Shown piece by piece: positions 37,610-40,081 of a stretch of DNA of 40,081 bases. The stretch is from an uncultured Planctomycetia bacterium (lineage in GTDB: Bacteria; Planctomycetota; CAYHQZ01), in assembly GCA_964358555.1 (NCBI GenBank), contig CAYHQZ010000003.1, positions 1-40,081 of the forward strand, given 5' to 3'. Both the position numbers and the translations under genes were made by a program. Numbering within the stretch: position 1 is the stretch's first letter; every line of letters begins with the position of its first letter. Under the pieces are notes generated by a model. It worked only from the letters and a program-made list of their open reading frames with translations, was not told the origin of the DNA and did no database searches.

Positions 37610-40081
37610 ATGGATGTTCGAAACTTTTCAAAGATCGGCGACGCGGTTCCGGTGCCCGATCTCACCCGCATCCAGACGGAGTACTACGATCGGTTTCTCC
37701 AGAAGGACATGCCGGCGCGGGAGCGTAAGCACATCGGGCTCGAATCGGTCCTTCAGGAGTCGTTTCCCATCCAGTCCTACGACAAAACGATGTCCCTGGA
37801 GTACGTTTCTTATTCCCTCGGCCGGCCCCGATATTCACCGGCCGAGTGCAAGCGACTGCGGCTGACCTACGGATATCCGTTCAAAGTCTGGCTCCGCCTG
37901 AAGCGGCCCGAACCTGTGGAGGAGGAGGTCCACTTCGGGGAGCTTCCTGTGATGCTCGGCGGGGGGGAGTTCATCATCAACGGTGCGGAACGCGTGATCG
38001 TGACGCAGTTGCACCGCTCTCCGGGGATCGATTTCCTGGAGGAGATCCGGCCTGGCGAGAAGAAGATTCATACCTGCCGGATCATTCCGGAGCGTGGGTC
38101 CTGGATCGAGATCAACGTGACGAAGCGGGATGTTCTCGCCCTCCGGATCGACCAGAGCACGGCACTGCCCGCGACGGTGCTTTTGCGTGCGCTTTCAGAG
38201 GAGTATTCCTCCAACGAACAAATCTACCGGGCTTTCTATCCTGTCGAGACCGTCAAGCTTCAGGGGGCCTGGTCGAAGTCGGTCCAGGGGCGGATCCTCG
38301 TTCGAGAGGTGAAGAACGCTGCGACCGGCGAAGTGCTATTGCCCAGCGGGAGCGTCCTCGGAGAAGCCCAGATCGATATCCTCCGGAATTCCGACGCGAA
38401 AGATGTCGAGGTTATTTCCGACGAGAAGGCGGACCCGATCGTCCATCAGACCATTCTCGAGGATCCGACCCGAAACACCGAGGACGCCCTCCTCCGGATC
38501 TACGCCCGCCTCCGACCGGGCAATCCATCGAACGTTAAGAAGGCGAAGGACTTGTTTCGGGACAAGTTCCTCGATTCGACGCGCTACCGGCTCGGCCGCG
38601 TGGGGCGCTTCCGCCTGAACCGGAAGATTGGACTCCAGATCCCTGAGTCCGAGATGACCCTGTCCGCCCAGGATCTCGTCGAGGCGATTCGCTACCTGAT
38701 GAAACTGCGCTCGGGGCAGGGGCATGTGGACGACATCGATCACCTCGGCAACCGCCGACTTCGGACCATCGACGAACTTGCGGGAGACGAGATCCGAAAG
38801 GGTCTGCTGCGGCTCCGCCGGACCGTGCAGGAGCGGATGAGTCTCAAGGAAAAGGAGAAGGAACCCCTCACGCCCCGGACCCTGGTGAACTCGAAAACAA
38901 TTTTCTCCTCGATCGAGTCCTTCTTCGGCCGGGGAGAGTTGTCGCAGGTCGTGGATCAGACGAACCCCTTGTCCCAGTTGACGCATGAACGACGTCTTTC
39001 CGCGTTGGGCCCCGGGGGCCTGAACCGGAAGCGTGCGGGATTTGAAGTTCGCGACGTCCATATCTCCCACTACGGCCGGATCTGTCCGATCGAGACGCCG
39101 GAAGGTACGAACATCGGGCTGATCGCATCTCTTTCGATTTTTGCCGAGCTCGACCCCTACGGTTTTATCATCACGCCCTACCTCGTTGTAAAGAACGGGC
39201 GTGTCACCGGAGAGCGGAAGAATCTTCGGGCCGACGAAGAGGACACGGCCCGAATCGCGCCGGCGGACACGCCGCACGACAAGGCGGGCGTTCTCCAGGG
39301 GGAGTCGGTCCTCGCCCGCCACCGCGGCGACTTCCGAGCGATGCCCCCGAAGGAAGTCGAGTTCATGGACGTCTCTCCGAAGCAGCTCGTCGGGATCTCG
39401 GCCGCCCTGGTTCCGTTCCTCGAACACAACGACGCGAACCGGGCGCTCATGGGTTCCAACATGCAGCGCCAGGCGGTTCCCCTCCTCGTTCCGGAAAACC
39501 CCATCGTCAAGACGGGGATGGAGAAGACCGTCGCGGAAAACTCCGGAATGGTCCTGCGGGCCCCGGAGGACGGCGAGGTGACGTCGGTCTCCGCGGATCG
39601 AATTGTCCTGAACGAATCGAACGAACTCCACCTCCGCAAGTTCCAGGGCTTGAACGAGAAGACATGTCTCAACCAGCATCCCTTGGTCCACATGGGCCAA
39701 AAGGTCAAAAAAGGACAGATCCTTGCGGATGGCCCCGCCATGCGGAACGGAGAACTCGCCCTCGGTCGCAACATCCTCGTCGGGTTCATGATCTGGGAGG
39801 GCTATAACTTCGAGGACGCCATCATCATCAGCCGCAAGCTGGTCGAAGACGACACCCTGACAAGCATTCACATCGTAGACTTCATGATCGAAGTCCGCGA
39901 AACCAAGCTTGGGCCAGAAATCGTTACCCGCGACATCCCTAATGTCTCCGAGGACGCGCTGCGCCACCTCGACGACGACGGTATTGTCCGCATCGGTGCC
40001 GAAGTTCACCCTGGCGACATCCTGGTGGGTAAGATTACCCCTAAGGGTGAGCAGGAGCTCAGCTCAGAGGAACGCTTGCTG
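37610..40081 (+). CDS. rpoB: DNA-directed RNA polymerase subunit beta (3'-truncated by the window end)
   Basis: ATG 37610 has GAAGGAGGAG upstream. The frame is open for all 824 codons to the window end, so it is absent from the track, which lists only closed ORFs. Motifs seen: GELPVMLGGGEFIINGAERVIV(T)QLHRSPG, the rifampicin-region-like FFGRGELSQVVDQTNPLSQLTHERRLSALGPGGL, and VGKITPKGEQELSSEERLL at the end. Confidence 0.95.
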   Translation, partial: MDVRNFSKIGDAVPVPDLTRIQTEYYDRFLQKDMPARERKHIGLESVLQESFPIQSYDKTMSLEYVSYSLGRPRYSPAECKRLRLTYGYPFKVWLRLKRPEPVEEEVHFGELPVMLGGGEFIINGAERVIVTQLHRSPGIDFLEEIRPGEKKIHTCRIIPERGSWIEINVTKRDVLALRIDQSTALPATVLLRALSEEYSSNEQIYRAFYPVETVKLQGAWSKSVQGRILVREVKNAATGEVLLPSGSVLGEAQIDILRNSDAKDVEVISDEKADPIVHQTILEDPTRNTEDALLRIYARLRPGNPSNVKKAKDLFRDKFLDSTRYRLGRVGRFRLNRKIGLQIPESEMTLSAQDLVEAIRYLMKLRSGQGHVDDIDHLGNRRLRTIDELAGDEIRKGLLRLRRTVQERMSLKEKEKEPLTPRTLVNSKTIFSSIESFFGRGELSQVVDQTNPLSQLTHERRLSALGPGGLNRKRAGFEVRDVHISHYGRICPIETPEGTNIGLIASLSIFAELDPYGFIITPYLVVKNGRVTGERKNLRADEEDTARIAPADTPHDKAGVLQGESVLARHRGDFRAMPPKEVEFMDVSPKQLVGISAALVPFLEHNDANRALMGSNMQRQAVPLLVPENPIVKTGMEKTVAENSGMVLRAPEDGEVTSVSADRIVLNESNELHLRKFQGLNEKTCLNQHPLVHMGQKVKKGQILADGPAMRNGELALGRNILVGFMIWEGYNFEDAIIISRKLVEDDTLTSIHIVDFMIEVRETKLGPEIVTRDIPNVSEDALRHLDDDGIVRIGAEVHPGDILVGKITPKGEQELSSEERLL

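Noticed and set aside
33072-40009. Minus-strand ORFs opposite tuf (33072-34214), nusG-rplJ (34855-36804) and rpoB (38336-40009).
   Set aside because: They lie opposite universally conserved genes, and all are codon-aligned with at least the major overlapped gene. They are shadows.

Overview
This is a very GC-rich bacterial chromosomal segment made almost entirely of core housekeeping genes. I see no rRNA, CRISPR array, transposase, integrase, phage gene or recognisable defence gene.

Gene order:
1. 1-3861: a membrane-anchored protein with PEPVKP hexapeptide repeats, then a ~1000-aa exported WD40/helical-repeat protein.
2. 4003-18258: a division/cell-wall (dcw) cluster, mraZ-[87-aa ORF]-rsmH-ftsL-ftsI-murE-murF-mraY-ftsW-murG-murC-murB-ftsQ-[membrane protein]. 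It lacks murD, ddl, ftsA and ftsZ.
3. 18194-26638: icd tightly coupled to an RRM RNA-binding protein gene, two xylose-isomerase-like TIM-barrel genes, thrC, cutA, a putative lipoprotein and a GH57 glucan enzyme.
4. 26656-31126: a three-gene signalling operon. It encodes a HEAT-like repeat protein, a degenerate HD-GYP protein, and a protein with a receiver-like domain, an HD-GYP remnant and a receiver. This is the least explained part of the window and my best candidate for something undescribed, but it is a signalling module, not an obvious new machine.
5. 31143-40081: argG and tRNA-Tyr on the minus strand, then tRNA-Thr-tuf-rpmG-tRNA-Trp-secE-nusG-rplK-rplA-rplJ-rplL-rpoB. rpoB runs off the window end.

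Smaller curiosities:
- An in-frame TAG separates a small ORF from rsmH, and the conserved RsmH N-terminus lies upstream of any canonical start codon.
- Three GTGG repeats at exact 10-nt spacing in the mraZ leader look like an MraZ operator.
- Two tandem heptamer arrays (YTTRGAC) sit in intergenic spacers.
- Several SD-less genes have a -10-like hexamer 8 nt before the ATG, so they may be leaderless.
- EF-Tu carries a switch-I insertion and a four-cysteine cluster.

The FtsZ-less dcw cluster, the WD40/HEAT-rich exported proteins and the EF-Tu indels suggest a Planctomycetota/PVC-like organism; this is inference only.

The long antisense ORFs in the track are shadow ORFs. All calls come from manual reading, because no similarity or profile searches were possible. 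Start codons are best guesses.
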